From positions 1,428,455 to 1,492,454 of the forward strand of contig MU006089.1 in NCBI GenBank assembly GCA_010093705.1: a stretch of DNA of 64,000 nucleotides, written 5' to 3'. The translations under genes were made by a program, and so were the position numbers. The notes beneath the pieces were generated by a model. The model searched no databases. It was not told the DNA's origin and worked only from the letters and a program-made list of their open reading frames with translations. Of this stretch, positions 36,672 to 48,200 are shown one piece after another. This stretch comes from Patellaria atrata CBS 101060 (Eukaryota). Numbering within the stretch: position 1 is the first letter of the stretch; the number at the start of each line of letters is the position of its first letter.

Positions 36672-37520
36672 AAAGCAACGACACTTTCATTTTCCAGATA
36701 TACCCTGTACATATTACGTCCTTTGGGAAACGGCACTATTTTAACGATTCAGCAACGACTCGGACTTCAATTGAGTTTTACGTACTTTTGGCTATGACAG
36801 TCCGAGTTAATGAATCCGAAGCGACCGGTTAGATCCTTAAGAAAAGATCGTATAGAGATTGTTCATCAGTATTGACGTTAACGTTCGGTGTCGGAGGCGC
36901 TGTATAGAGAGTATGGAGTACTGTTGTTGAAGTTTTGGCACTCTTCCGTCCTACACTGCACAAGTGCAACTGCTGTAGACCGCCGTAGGTTATACTAGCA
37001 ACTTTCAATGATGACACCCTCCAGCTCTGCAGCAAGGCCTGATAAGTAGATACAACCATCTGGATGTGGCAAAGCGCTGGTATAGTGCTATGTTGCCCTA
37101 AATCTATAAGAATGATAACTGTTGGCTGCTATTGGGGACTCCCTATAATTTTCTCCACGTGCAGGCTTGGGAACATCTCTTTGCCAAGACCATCAAAAGT
37201 CGTTGACTTCTACCTACCTTACTAAGGACAGTACCCATAACCCATCGCGGCAAAGCAAGTACAAAAACAGAACTTGTCCATTTCACTTTCCTAAGTCTTT
37301 CCCGCATCGTCACCTCTTTAGCGAGCAGAGAACCAGTACACGCAAAGTCCAAGTGAAAGCAGGTGAAAGCTTTTGGCTCTCATCGTCAAGCGGGGGTGAA
37401 CTGTCTGCTGGTTCGGCTTCTTGACAAAGCTCTCACAATTTGAACGATAAGAAGCTAACACATTCGCTTTCTAAGAAAAGGTTTTGGTGTCTACATCCTA
37501 CGAAAGCAACGCCAGGGAGA

Positions 37521-40148
37521 ATGATTTCAGCTTCGGAGTCTGAGGGAGAAATTCCCAACACGAAGGCAATTCGCAATCAACAACGTCATGAGAATCTGCA
37601 TATTGATCGGTACAACAGCGAACGTCGCCCCTCGTTCTCAGCCCATCCGCACTCCAACCAAAGCTCTCGAAGGTCGTCCCTTGACCATCATCTGCGAAAG
37701 CGATCTCGCACTCGTTCCCGTTCGCGCTCTCCGTATCGCCATGACCGCTCCCCACACGAAGAAAAACGGCCGAGATTCTCTAAAGACGATCATTATGACA
37801 ACCCCAATGGACAAGAGTCGCATGGAAAGCAACATCAGTACAATAACCAACTCCCACAGCGGGGGGAAAGGCGTAGTCGCATCTCGTATGCTGACATAGA
37901 TCAAGACCCTCATCCCCTTCCAGATGCGTCACTTACGGCTAAGGCAAATCGCCAACGTGATCAATATCGCACTCGATCCCCAGATCGTAGCAACCGTGCG
38001 TCATCACGTTACACGACACATGACAAGGATCAGCGAGACCATCGTGACCGCCGTGACCGCAGAGATCCCTATGATCCTCGGGATAGAACCCACCAACGGG
38101 ATGGCCGTCAGGGCGGCTTCGGATCCAATTATGATCACCGGGGAACGCCAACAGGACCACGCCATGATCGATCTCGGGAGAAACAAACAGATCAACGACA
38201 GGTACCGCCTTCCAGGTCGCGTGCCCATCACCAGGCGTTCGATCCCAGGCGTGATAGTACCCCTACTGACCAAGCAGTACCGAGAAACAGTAAATCTGCT
38301 ATTCAATCCACAGCTAGCGGGAGAAACAGGTCTTCTCGCAATTCTGTCAAGTTCGAAGAAGAGATTGCAGAAACCAGGCGAGCTGAGGGGAAGTACGTTG
38401 AAGATGACTCTTTGGTTGAGGATCCCAAACCTCCTATCGACGAAGATGCATTAATTGAAGAACGCCGTAAGCGACGGGCCCTCATAAAAGCTAAGCATAA
38501 CGCACCTCTGCGTGTCCAGGTCCTCCAATCCGCTCCGAATACGCCGAAATCAGAACAGAATGCTTCCGCCGACCTCGACAGTTCAGCATCAAGTAAGCAC
38601 GACCAAATTTGTAGACACAAAAATGCTAATTGCTTACGTCCAGCTTCACCTCACGTCTCCCCACAAACTCCAACCATGGACTCCACTCCTCACTCTCCCT
38701 CGGTGTTTACTCTTGAAAAAGCAGACGATTTTACAGGCTCTAATTTGCACGATATCAATGGAAGTACCGAAGGGCAGTCCGCAGCCGATTACGATCCCAC
38801 AATGGATATGAAAGAGGACCATCTCCGGGAGGGACACCGACAAGGGGATGGTGGAGTCCCTGCATCGTCCTATGACGAGACGGCGCCTGAGAAGCGAGAT
38901 ATTCTGCTGCATTCATCGAACCACATTAGAGAATTACATTCTAATCAGAACACTGATGGCAACGTGAATCCCGTAATGGAGGAAGATGACGACGATGATA
39001 TGTTTTCGGACAAGTTTGGGACCAATGCAAAGACCCAGGAAGATTCTGGTGTGACCCGAATTCCCCAGGCGAAAGAGTTGGACGTTAATCTCTTGGACGA
39101 CTGGGACGATCATGAGGGATATTACCGCATTATTCAAGGAGAACTTCTCGATGGCCGCTATTACGTCAAGTACACGCTTGGTAAAGGTGTCTTCGCTTCC
39201 GTTGTGGCGGCACAAAATACGAAGACAGGCAAAATGGTTGCCATCAAGATTGTTCGTAATAAGGAAACAATGAAGAAGGCTGGTATGAAAGAGATCAGCA
39301 TACTCAAACTTTTAAACCAAGCCGACGAACAAGGCAAGTACCACATGGTCCAATTGGAACGATCCTTCGAACACAAGAATCACCTCTGCATGGTCTTTCA
39401 ATTTCTTGGTGAGAACCTTCGAGAAGTTGTCAAGAAGTTTGGCCGCGACGTTGGATTGAACATAACAGCGGTCCGACACTATGCAAGAGAGATGTTCTTT
39501 GCATTGCATCTACTTAAAAAATGCCAAATCATCCATGCGGATATCAAACCAGATAATATCCTGTCCTACGACGATCATCGGCATCTCAAGTTATGCGATC
39601 TCGGTAGTGCTGCAGAGGCTCGTGATAGCGAGATTACCCCCTACCTAGTCAGTCGATTCTACCGTGCGCCAGAGATCATCCTAGGCTATAAATATGATTA
39701 CGCTATTGATATGTGGGCAGTTGGCTGTACACTTTTCGAACTCTATACGGGAAAGATTCTTTTCACGGGGAATGACAATAACCAAATGCTCAAGGCCATC
39801 ATGGACTGCCGCGGACGTTTCGGGTTGAAATTCCTCAAAAAATGCGAATACGCTGCTAAGTATTTTGACGACGATCTCTCCTTCCATAGTACGGAGTGGG
39901 ACAATGTTTCAAACCGCAGCGTCGTCCGCGTCGTCCATATTCGTGAACAGCCCCTTGTTCCTTTAAAGCAGCGAATCATGCCTACTACCAAGAACCTGAC
40001 GCCGGCAGAGATCAAGTATGCGACCAATTTCGGGGACCTCCTAGATAAATGTCTCGCGCTTAATCCGGAGAAGCGTATCACCCCGGAACAGGCATTTAAC
40101 CATAAATTCTTCACTGAGACCTTCGGTGCTGCTAAGACGAAAGCGTAG
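37521..40148 (+). CDS. prp4: Pre-mRNA-splicing Ser/Thr kinase Prp4 (PRP4K)
   Basis: SEGEI N-terminus; RS/RD-rich region; SAADYDPTMDM; DDWDDHEGYY; HADIKPDN; CDLGSA; ITPYLVSRFYRAPE. Probable 51-nt in-frame intron 38593-38643 and a 5'UTR intron ~37363-37480. Confidence 0.93.
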   Translation: MISASESEGEIPNTKAIRNQQRHENLHIDRYNSERRPSFSAHPHSNQSSRRSSLDHHLRKRSRTRSRSRSPYRHDRSPHEEKRPRFSKDDHYDNPNGQESHGKQHQYNNQLPQRGERRSRISYADIDQDPHPLPDASLTAKANRQRDQYRTRSPDRSNRASSRYTTHDKDQRDHRDRRDRRDPYDPRDRTHQRDGRQGGFGSNYDHRGTPTGPRHDRSREKQTDQRQVPPSRSRAHHQAFDPRRDSTPTDQAVPRNSKSAIQSTASGRNRSSRNSVKFEEEIAETRRAEGKYVEDDSLVEDPKPPIDEDALIEERRKRRALIKAKHNAPLRVQVLQSAPNTPKSEQNASADLDSSASSKHDQICRHKNANCLRPASPHVSPQTPTMDSTPHSPSVFTLEKADDFTGSNLHDINGSTEGQSAADYDPTMDMKEDHLREGHRQGDGGVPASSYDETAPEKRDILLHSSNHIRELHSNQNTDGNVNPVMEEDDDDDMFSDKFGTNAKTQEDSGVTRIPQAKELDVNLLDDWDDHEGYYRIIQGELLDGRYYVKYTLGKGVFASVVAAQNTKTGKMVAIKIVRNKETMKKAGMKEISILKLLNQADEQGKYHMVQLERSFEHKNHLCMVFQFLGENLREVVKKFGRDVGLNITAVRHYAREMFFALHLLKKCQIIHADIKPDNILSYDDHRHLKLCDLGSAAEARDSEITPYLVSRFYRAPEIILGYKYDYAIDMWAVGCTLFELYTGKILFTGNDNNQMLKAIMDCRGRFGLKFLKKCEYAAKYFDDDLSFHSTEWDNVSNRSVVRVVHIREQPLVPLKQRIMPTTKNLTPAEIKYATNFGDLLDKCLALNPEKRITPEQAFNHKFFTETFGAAKTKA

Positions 40149-43100
40149 AAGACTCAATCGATACCGTGCTCTAAGGGGAATGTGGAAGGAATTATATAGA
40201 TACAAGAGATATGTCTAGTACACTTCAAAATAGAATATAAAAGCATTGCGTATTGCTGTCTTTCCGCTCATGATAAGAGTAATGCTGCGCTCCGTACCCT
40301 GAAGTAGGCATCGGGCGGTTGATGTACATTACACTACCATCCTTCAGTAATCCCCATGGAAAACCATGCACCATACGGAGTACAGTGAGTGCCTTCTTCA
40401 TGTCCTGGGTGCAATCAGGTATGAGTGGGACCAAGATACGAATCCAGCGCTGGAATCTCAGACGATGGGAGACGAACGCTGTACGTATACAAACCATTCC
40501 TTTGCGGTCGTAAAAAGTTCCCGTGTAGCTAGCTAGTTTCTCGGCATTCCTGATATCACCCCTTACTCGCCCTACCATACCCAAACATTCAGTTCTTCAT
40601 TTGCACCTGCTCAAACACTAATTCACCCAGCAGCAATTTTGCAGATATGCCAGGACCTCCTCGTACGGGCTGAGTCGCGGGTTCGGAAAAGATTGTAGTC
40701 ACGCGTTACGGGGCTGTATGATCGCAATACTCCTAGCTAGACCCCCGTACATCAGACATTCTTTCCCGCAACGTCTATGTTCGAGTGTGATGTACGTCTA
40801 ATGGTATGTGTGTAGGGATGCCAAAATACCGGAAGGTATAGTCGCCCCTTCAAAGGTTGACTTGTCCAGGGGAGAAAGGGGGGCGGGGGCGGTGGGGGGG
40901 TAAACGGCTGTATGATTTTTACTCAACCTACTTGTGTCTTCCGATCATGTCGGTGGGGATATGTTCTTCCACACTGGGAGGCGGATTGTGTAAAACTTGG
41001 AATTGACCGGAAGACCGTCGTGGAATAGAGGTTCAGAGGAATAAGGTCAATAGCAAGGAGTGGGTAGGGAGTAGAAAGTAGGGGTCAGGAATGGTGCAAT
41101 CTGATAGAGCTTCGATGCGGGGGGGGGGGTAGATGTTTCAAGAAGTTAGAGGGTGAGAAGCAGAGTGGATCGCTCATAGAGTATATGAGGGCTTGCAGAG
41201 GTGGTTAAATATGAGGTGCAATGTGATGGGGGATGCCTATACGTAACAGATCATTCAGTAGAAGTTCAGAGAAGAATCTAATGGTTTACCGGGCAGAGTT
41301 CACATCTTTTCTCCTAGTTTTTCACCTTGAGAAATTTAACATGGGGATAGTGCTTTACGCCCTCATGAGATCGAAACCCAAGACATCGAGCTAAGTATGC
41401 ATGCATGAGTTGATGATGCTCTTGAACTCGTTGAAATCAATAGATAGCACTCCGAGTGCGCTGGACAGTTCGATGATTCGAGTCGAGGACCTATATTCGG
41501 TTGACGGAGAAGGTACAGTATGCCAAGTGGGTGACACGCCCGTCCCTGAGGGATTGTGGTGTTGAGACTGGATTGATATTGCCCGTCCATCGTGGAAAAT
41601 GTCGTAGTTTGACAAGGAAAGATCAGTGCGCAGTGGTTAAGGGGAAAGGCACGGGCTGCCGACCCTGCAACGAAGTCTCCATAGCAGACCAAGGTCTGAT
41701 AAATACGAGCATGGAAGGCCACGGGTGAGAAATAGGGTACAATACAGGCCTTACACTCAGCTATCAAGGTAGCGTCTTCGGGGTGTGCTTCCCTGTAAGA
41801 GTATTTGCCCGCACAGCATGTGCACGAGCGTGAGGTCCTTCAGTTGTCGCCGAGAATTGACATGAAGTGATAGGGCTATATCTTTGAGGATCGTCCTTCT
41901 TTAGTCGGCTTTGGCATGTACGTTCTAAATTGACCACCTGACAGTGCGAGCTTCTCATGAGCTAATAGGGAAGTTATGATAACTTTTTCTTTCGCACGAT
42001 CCCATCAGCGGCACTCAGCTGTGGCCATACAGTTAGGATATGAAGAGAGATGGGCTAGTCTACAACTTAACCCAACGTTTCGCAAGGAGCGTGTGAAGAG
42101 AGAAGGGGGAATTAGAACCTAAACTTCGATGAAGGTATTAATAATTGATAATAAGAACGAAATTAGCTCCCAAGTCTCCCAACAATGAGGACAACTATTC
42201 TCCCCAGGTTGAAGTTAGTTATGTAGGAATGTTTACAGTAACAGTGATTGGACTCCAGAATTCTTGATGAACCGGACCCCCGAGTGATTGAGATGAATGG
42301 CGCCAACCGCCATCTCTTAGCGACCTCGGAGAGATGAAAAGGTAATGAGAATCCAGACCATATACCTGCGGATCGAAGGACTGCAAACATGGGAAAAAGA
42401 TATGGAAAACCCTAATGTATGTACCAGGACTTCTCCCAGTGCGGACATTAGAAACTAATGCACAAAAATCTTCCCCAATTCTAGACTCACTCACCTTTAC
42501 GGAGTAGTCCTCTATCAGACTTTCGCAAGATCATTTCTCCATCCCAGTACAGTCCCACCACCGGGCTTCTGCGGGTGAAGTCCGCCGAGGGAGCCAAATC
42601 TGGAACGCTGACAGCACAGCAAACTACGAAATACGGATACTACGCAGTGGGAATGTGGAACGTATTCTACACCGTCTACAGTACGTCTCGGAAGCTGGGG
42701 AGTGATCGTGCTGCAGCCTTGCGCTCATTTCTGCCTGGCGTTTCGAGACATAGGAAACCGAAGAAAAGAGAGGAGAAGCATCTCGTGTAGCTGCCAGCAA
42801 TAACCTGTTTTGAGGAATGAGAGTCGATTGTGGTGTGGTAGTGAGTATTGAGGAGGTGCGTTGTCATGCAAGCTGGCGAGCGAAGCCACAGTTGTTGCGT
42901 CCAGCGAATGAGACAGCGAAGTGGATGGCTGAGCTAGGGTACATACATCAAGGGCTGTAAAGTACTAAGGTCTGAACGGTCTCCCTGACCTGATATCATA
43001 TGGCAGGAGAGAGAGAGAGAGCCTGAAATAAGTGGTAAGAGGCCAAATGATTGAGGACATGATTGGTATAGACGCGTGATCTGTGAACTATTGAATGGAC

Positions 43101-44252
43101 TTTTATGTTGAATACTGACAGTCTGCGACTGATGCGAGATAGATAGAATACTTTGAATACTAAGAAAGCTTTAGAGCGTCGATGCTCCCATACTCACCCC
43201 AAGAAGCCGGAAGAGACGTCATCGTCATCAGACAATGAACACAAGAAATCTTAACTCTACCTCACGAGAATGCACAGGGAGTTATCTCGACTTACATAAA
43301 ACACCGTTCACAGTCGTACAGAGATCCACAAGTAGCTCACGTATGCAGCCGACTGTTTCTGGCGCTGGCAGTGCTGGGGCTTGGTGTGACCGTACGTCGG
43401 ACTTGAATATGGGGTACATATTTGCATACTTGCACAAAAATAATTGGGAGAGGTGAAAATGCGTCTTTGCGTAACCATACATGCCTAGGTAAGGGGCTGT
43501 CAACGGCTTCTTTGCTTGCGAGTGGGCAACTGCTGAGACGTATGGATGGTCTGTACGACGTCCATATAGGCGCCTGTGTGTTAAGAGGGTTTGTAATAGA
43601 GGTGCAGATGTTGCCTTGTACGTGAAGTTTGAGCTTGATTCTGGGCTCTTGCTTCTGTATGACGGTGCACATGACTTTCGCAATCAGAAGCAGTAGTTTC
43701 AAAACCTCCGATAGATAGCCATGCTCTGTATGTGATGCAAGAGTTACAGCCCGAATGAGTGAAGGACCCCGATGTAAGGTGCTCGGTCATCGTCTAGAAC
43801 CCTTGGACTGCTGCGGACAGTGTGCTAGTTTCCAGTTCAATCGAGATTGAGATGCTCAGTTATTGGACGCATAATTTCAGATCAGGTGATGCGTCCTTCG
43901 GGTTGTTTTCGATCGTCCTTCGCTCAACAGTAATCGAAATAATACTCTCCGATGGCCCTGCCGTGGCCCAGAGGCTAGATACCCAAGGATGCAATTCGCC
44001 GTGCGCTATAGAACCTTCCTACAGCAGGCTGAATTGAGTGACATACTGACAACGGCTGAATGCAGACATATGTCGAGTCTGTAGAGTTGTCAGCTAGTGT
44101 TCCGTGGGATAGTGTTGACCTTGTCCTGCGGCAAAGCCGGATGTTTAATCAAGACGCTCCTTCGGTGCTACCAACAATGCGGATGAGGAAGCGGATTCTA
44201 GTTGGGGGATTTCCTTTACAGTGACATGGTTCACGCGATTGATAGATGAACT

Positions 44253-45470
44253 TTGAGGGTGTTGCGCGAAATCGTTGAAGCCCATGGGATGCAAGGTGTG
44301 GTGATGTTCCTGCTGTACAATGATGATGCAAATCCTGTGATACCGATTACTGTACAGTACACTGATATGTACGGAGTAGTAAATCTTGAATCGCTGTGCA
44401 CATCCCCGTATTTCATTTACATCAGCAACCGATGGCCATGGGCAAGGCTGTACTTCCTGCTGAAGTGCCCCATAGCAACAATATTGTTGCCCGTTGTAGC
44501 CACTGAAGAGAACTTTGCACCGAGTGCTCCGCTAGAACTACATGCACTCATGCAACAGGGCCATCAGCGCGGAATGGCTCCCCTTTCGGAGGGAGGGTCA
44601 GCACCCTATCTTATTGGCGAAACAAACATCCTGAACTTGCTTCTTCCCTTGCGCCTTGAATTAATAGAGCACCCTCAAGGCGGCAACCGAGGATCGAGAG
44701 AGCAGTTAAAAGGATTGGTCAGGGGGGAGATGCAAAGTCATAAAGATATGGTGATCGAGATATAGAATTACAAGGATTGCAGAACACTATTGCGGCAGTA
44801 TAGATTGGAGTACAGCATCAGCCCCTTAGATCTGCTCTGGGAGGCCGCTTTTGCGACCGCTGAATCGCTGACAGACTTGATGGAATACTCGATCTGCCAC
44901 ACCTACTCACTCTAGTGGGCTGGTCTATCTTTGCACTGTATGCTACCTCTCAGATTCGCGTCATTTTCGAAACTTCGCCCATCAGATTACTGCCCAGCAG
45001 TAAATGGTACAGTAGAAGGCAGCAGTCAAACCTGTGTCAAGTTGATTTACAACGGGTCCGGCGACCTCCAGGGTTGTCTATCACAGCTATCATCTCTGCT
45101 TTTGGTTGATAGTTATTTGAATCACAGTTCTACTGCCTACCCGCCTCGTGTTTTGAGCAAAGATTGATGTCACACATGCGTCTTAAGGGTGCTAATTGGA
45201 TGCCCTGCTTTGGGGATGGCGCACCGCTGGTAATTGCTTTTCAAATCGGGCGTGTGCTTGTAGACGACAGTGTAAGTGCTGCCGGTGAAGATGCATTATC
45301 GTTTACTGTCCCTGAGATCAGAAGTAGTAACCATATCATATCTGTTGCAGCTGGAGTTATTGCCTAAAATCCTAGCTAACAGATGAGATCAATGCCCATT
45401 ATGCAAGGAGATAATGGCGAGGCAATACTAGCAAGGCTGAAAACGAAGTATGCGTTTGTGATGCGAACCG
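44253..45470 (+). pseudogene. Probable decayed ankyrin-repeat gene
   Basis: Fragments across several frames resemble the ankyrin consensus: GMQGVVMFLLYNDDANP, LKGANxxxxxGDGAPLVIAFQIG, GEDALSF, MPIMQGDNGEAILARL. Stops and shifts lie between them. Confidence 0.3.
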
Positions 45471-46104
45471 AAGTTCAACATCAATTGTTCATTCTTATTA
45501 TTCTTTCAGGCTGCCGGAGCAAGCCTAACGTATGTTTTCCAAAGTCCTATGGACCTTCGCAGCGTTTTTAACGTACAGTGATAAGTTCTAGATTAGCCAA
45601 TATTGGTATCATAGAGAGAATGAAAAAAAGTTTCGGGTGAACCATCCGTGGTTTTTGAAAGTACTCCTTGAAATGCAGCATAGAACTTTTAAGCTCTAGA
45701 ACCTCCCCAATATGGTATCCGTTATATCTTGATGCAGTAATCCTTCCCAGCTGGCCTTCCTTACATGTACGACCCGCCTAAAAACCATAGAAAATAAACT
45801 GAACTAGAAACGACATGAGCGAAAAACCGTCGTTTGGAGCGTTTTGTACTGAGAAATTCGAAAGATCCTTAGAAGCCTGAGCCGGGTAGGTTGCAGTATA
45901 CACCCCATTCTAGTTGGAACGCCACTAGAACACCATGCAGACCAAAAGTAGCAAATAAAAGAGGTAACCACCCTTAAAAAAAGTTACGCCAACATCGCTT
46001 CATACCTCTTGAAAAAAAAAAAATACAAAAAATGTCATTGAAAGAAACTTGGTAGATGGGTATCATAATTCTCAGAGGACCAGTCCCGGAAAATCGTATT
46101 ATGT

Positions 46105-47576
46105 CTAGTAAACTTGAACAGGTGCTGCAAAGTTCGGATGGAACTGAACAGCCGCATTTCGGCCAGCCATGGTAAGAAAGTTATAGTATTTAAGCCATGG
46201 ACTTGACACCGGTGGCGATACGTATGACTGCTGATGCACCATTGGTGTTGGGACCTTGGATGGAGCATTGACATATTGAAAAGAAGACGTCGAAGAGTTG
46301 GAAGACACGGACGAGGCCGAAGAAAATATAGATCCATCCGAATAAACAGAATCATTAGAACCGGAGCGATCCGGAGAAGCCGGGACGCGGCCGAATTGAG
46401 CAAGATTGCTCGCGTATAAATTTTGCGGTGACGGACTGTACACCTGCTGCGTATAATGTTGTGGAGTGTTGTAAACTTGGTCTTGGCCAAGGTTTGCAGC
46501 GACAAACTGCTCTTGTTTCAAAGCTTCTTCCTTCGTCTTCTCAACTGATACGTATGTAGTTGATTGAACCTTTGATGGAGCATTCGAGGTGGATGTCAAA
46601 GATGAGCATTGCATAATCATAGACCTAAGTTCAAGGATAGAACATCGCTTTGAAGGGTCAATTTCGAAGACGCGACCAAGGATGAAATCTAGCTCGTCAG
46701 ATAATGGAAGAATGGACTTTAGGAAGGTGCGATCGTTGTAGTAGGCCCTAAAGGTGGAATCCTCGGCTGATGCCCTTTTCCAAGGGTTACGGCCGCATGT
46801 CAAGTTCACCAATATTACACCCAGGGACCAGATATCATTAGGAACAGATTCATAACAGGAATAAGCTGGTGGAGAGGGTTGTTGACATTCTGCGAATGAT
46901 TCATTAGCACCGTGAATGCCGAGGGGGTGGTGGGCTGGAGACATCCATTGAACGCACCTGGTGACATGTAGAAGGTCGAACCACAACCATAGTCGGAAGT
47001 ACGATAGTCAGACGTGGCAAGTCCAAAGTCGGCAAGCTTGACGGTCATCCCTTGGTCTGTAACCAGTATATTCTCCGGCTTCAGATCCCTATGGTAAATC
47101 CCCAGGTTATGGCAATGTTCCACGGCATCCAAAATCTGAAGAAAAATGCTTCTGGCCAGTTCATCATTACCAACGTACTTGCCTTGTTCCGTGATATTGG
47201 AGAATAAATCGCCTTCTGGGCAATACTCAATTACGACGAAGGTGCAATCAGGAGAATCCATGATCTTGACTAAAGAAACGACATTAGGATGTGCGCTAGC
47301 CTGGTGGTGCAATTGAATCTCCCTTTGCTGGAACTTTCGCTGTCTAGGCTCTAAACCAATCTTGTTTAGGGCTTTGACGGCGTAGGCGGTATTCGTCTGT
47401 AGGTCTACAGCCGTATACACGACACCATATGCGCCAACTCCGAGGATACTGGTTATTTGCAATCGACCTGCAAGCACCTGGCCCAAACGATCCTCAGGAG
47501 CGCAAATACCATTGAGATGGGGAGCTGTCGGGTAGGGTCCGTCAAGTGGGGGGGATGGTGGGGGAGTTGGAAGCAT
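46105..47576 (-). CDS. ran1: Ran1/Pat1 (Sks1/Vhs1)-like Ser/Thr kinase, 2 exons
   Basis: MLPTPPPSPP, LGVGAYGVVY, YAVKAL, REIQLHHQASAHPNVV, HRDLKPEN, LADFGLA, GCGSTFYMSP|EC, LVNLTCGRNPWKRAS. Confidence 0.92.
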
Positions 47577-48156
47577 AATGGAAGAACTCTGGTATTAAGC
47601 AACCCACAGCGGTCCAGTTAAGGCCTCTGTGAACAGCTGACTGTGGACAGACAAAGAAAAGGCTCCAAGAAAAGTTCAAGTTCCTGTGGATTATGGTAAA
47701 GTAAATTTTTCCCGGGTCCAAGCGTAGTGAAGTTTCCAACGAGTCCAATTGGTTTCCGGTATCAAGAGAGCAATTCGTCGGCGAGCTCGAAGAGGGAAGA
47801 GGGGAGAAAGGAGGAGAAGGATAGTCGGTGGGGAAAAAGGGTAATAGCTTGTAAGGGAGAGAGAGTGTGTGTGTGTGAGTGTGAGGTTGAAGAATGAATA
47901 CCTTACGGTAGGTTCTTTGGGATGATGTAGTCTTCTTCAATAGTGAGGCGGATGGAAGGGTATGATATGGTGAAGGGTAAGAAGAAGGCTAAAGAGGCTA
48001 AGACAATCGTTCTGAAAATAGGAAGGTGTTGACGGACGAGAACAACAGAATAAGGCCCCAAGAGTGGCCCACTTATGACGAAGCCGGTAGTTAATGCATA
48101 CATACATGTACACATAATAGCGAAGGCACTGGGCCACCCATGGGCTCTGCTGGCTA

Positions 48157-48200
48157 GTGACTGGTGACAGGCTGGTGACTGGTGACTGGCGGGTGACTGG
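48157..48200. repeat. Five GTGAC(T/A)GG units upstream of the Ran1-like kinase
   Basis: GTGACTGGTGACAGGCTGGTGACTGGTGACTGGCGGGTGACTGG, read directly. Confidence 0.75.

Noticed and set aside
40225..43800. Several 70-130-aa ORFs between prp4 and the ankyrin-like relic
   Set aside because: Mostly non-ATG starts, overlapping frames and no motifs; possibly old relics but unsupported.
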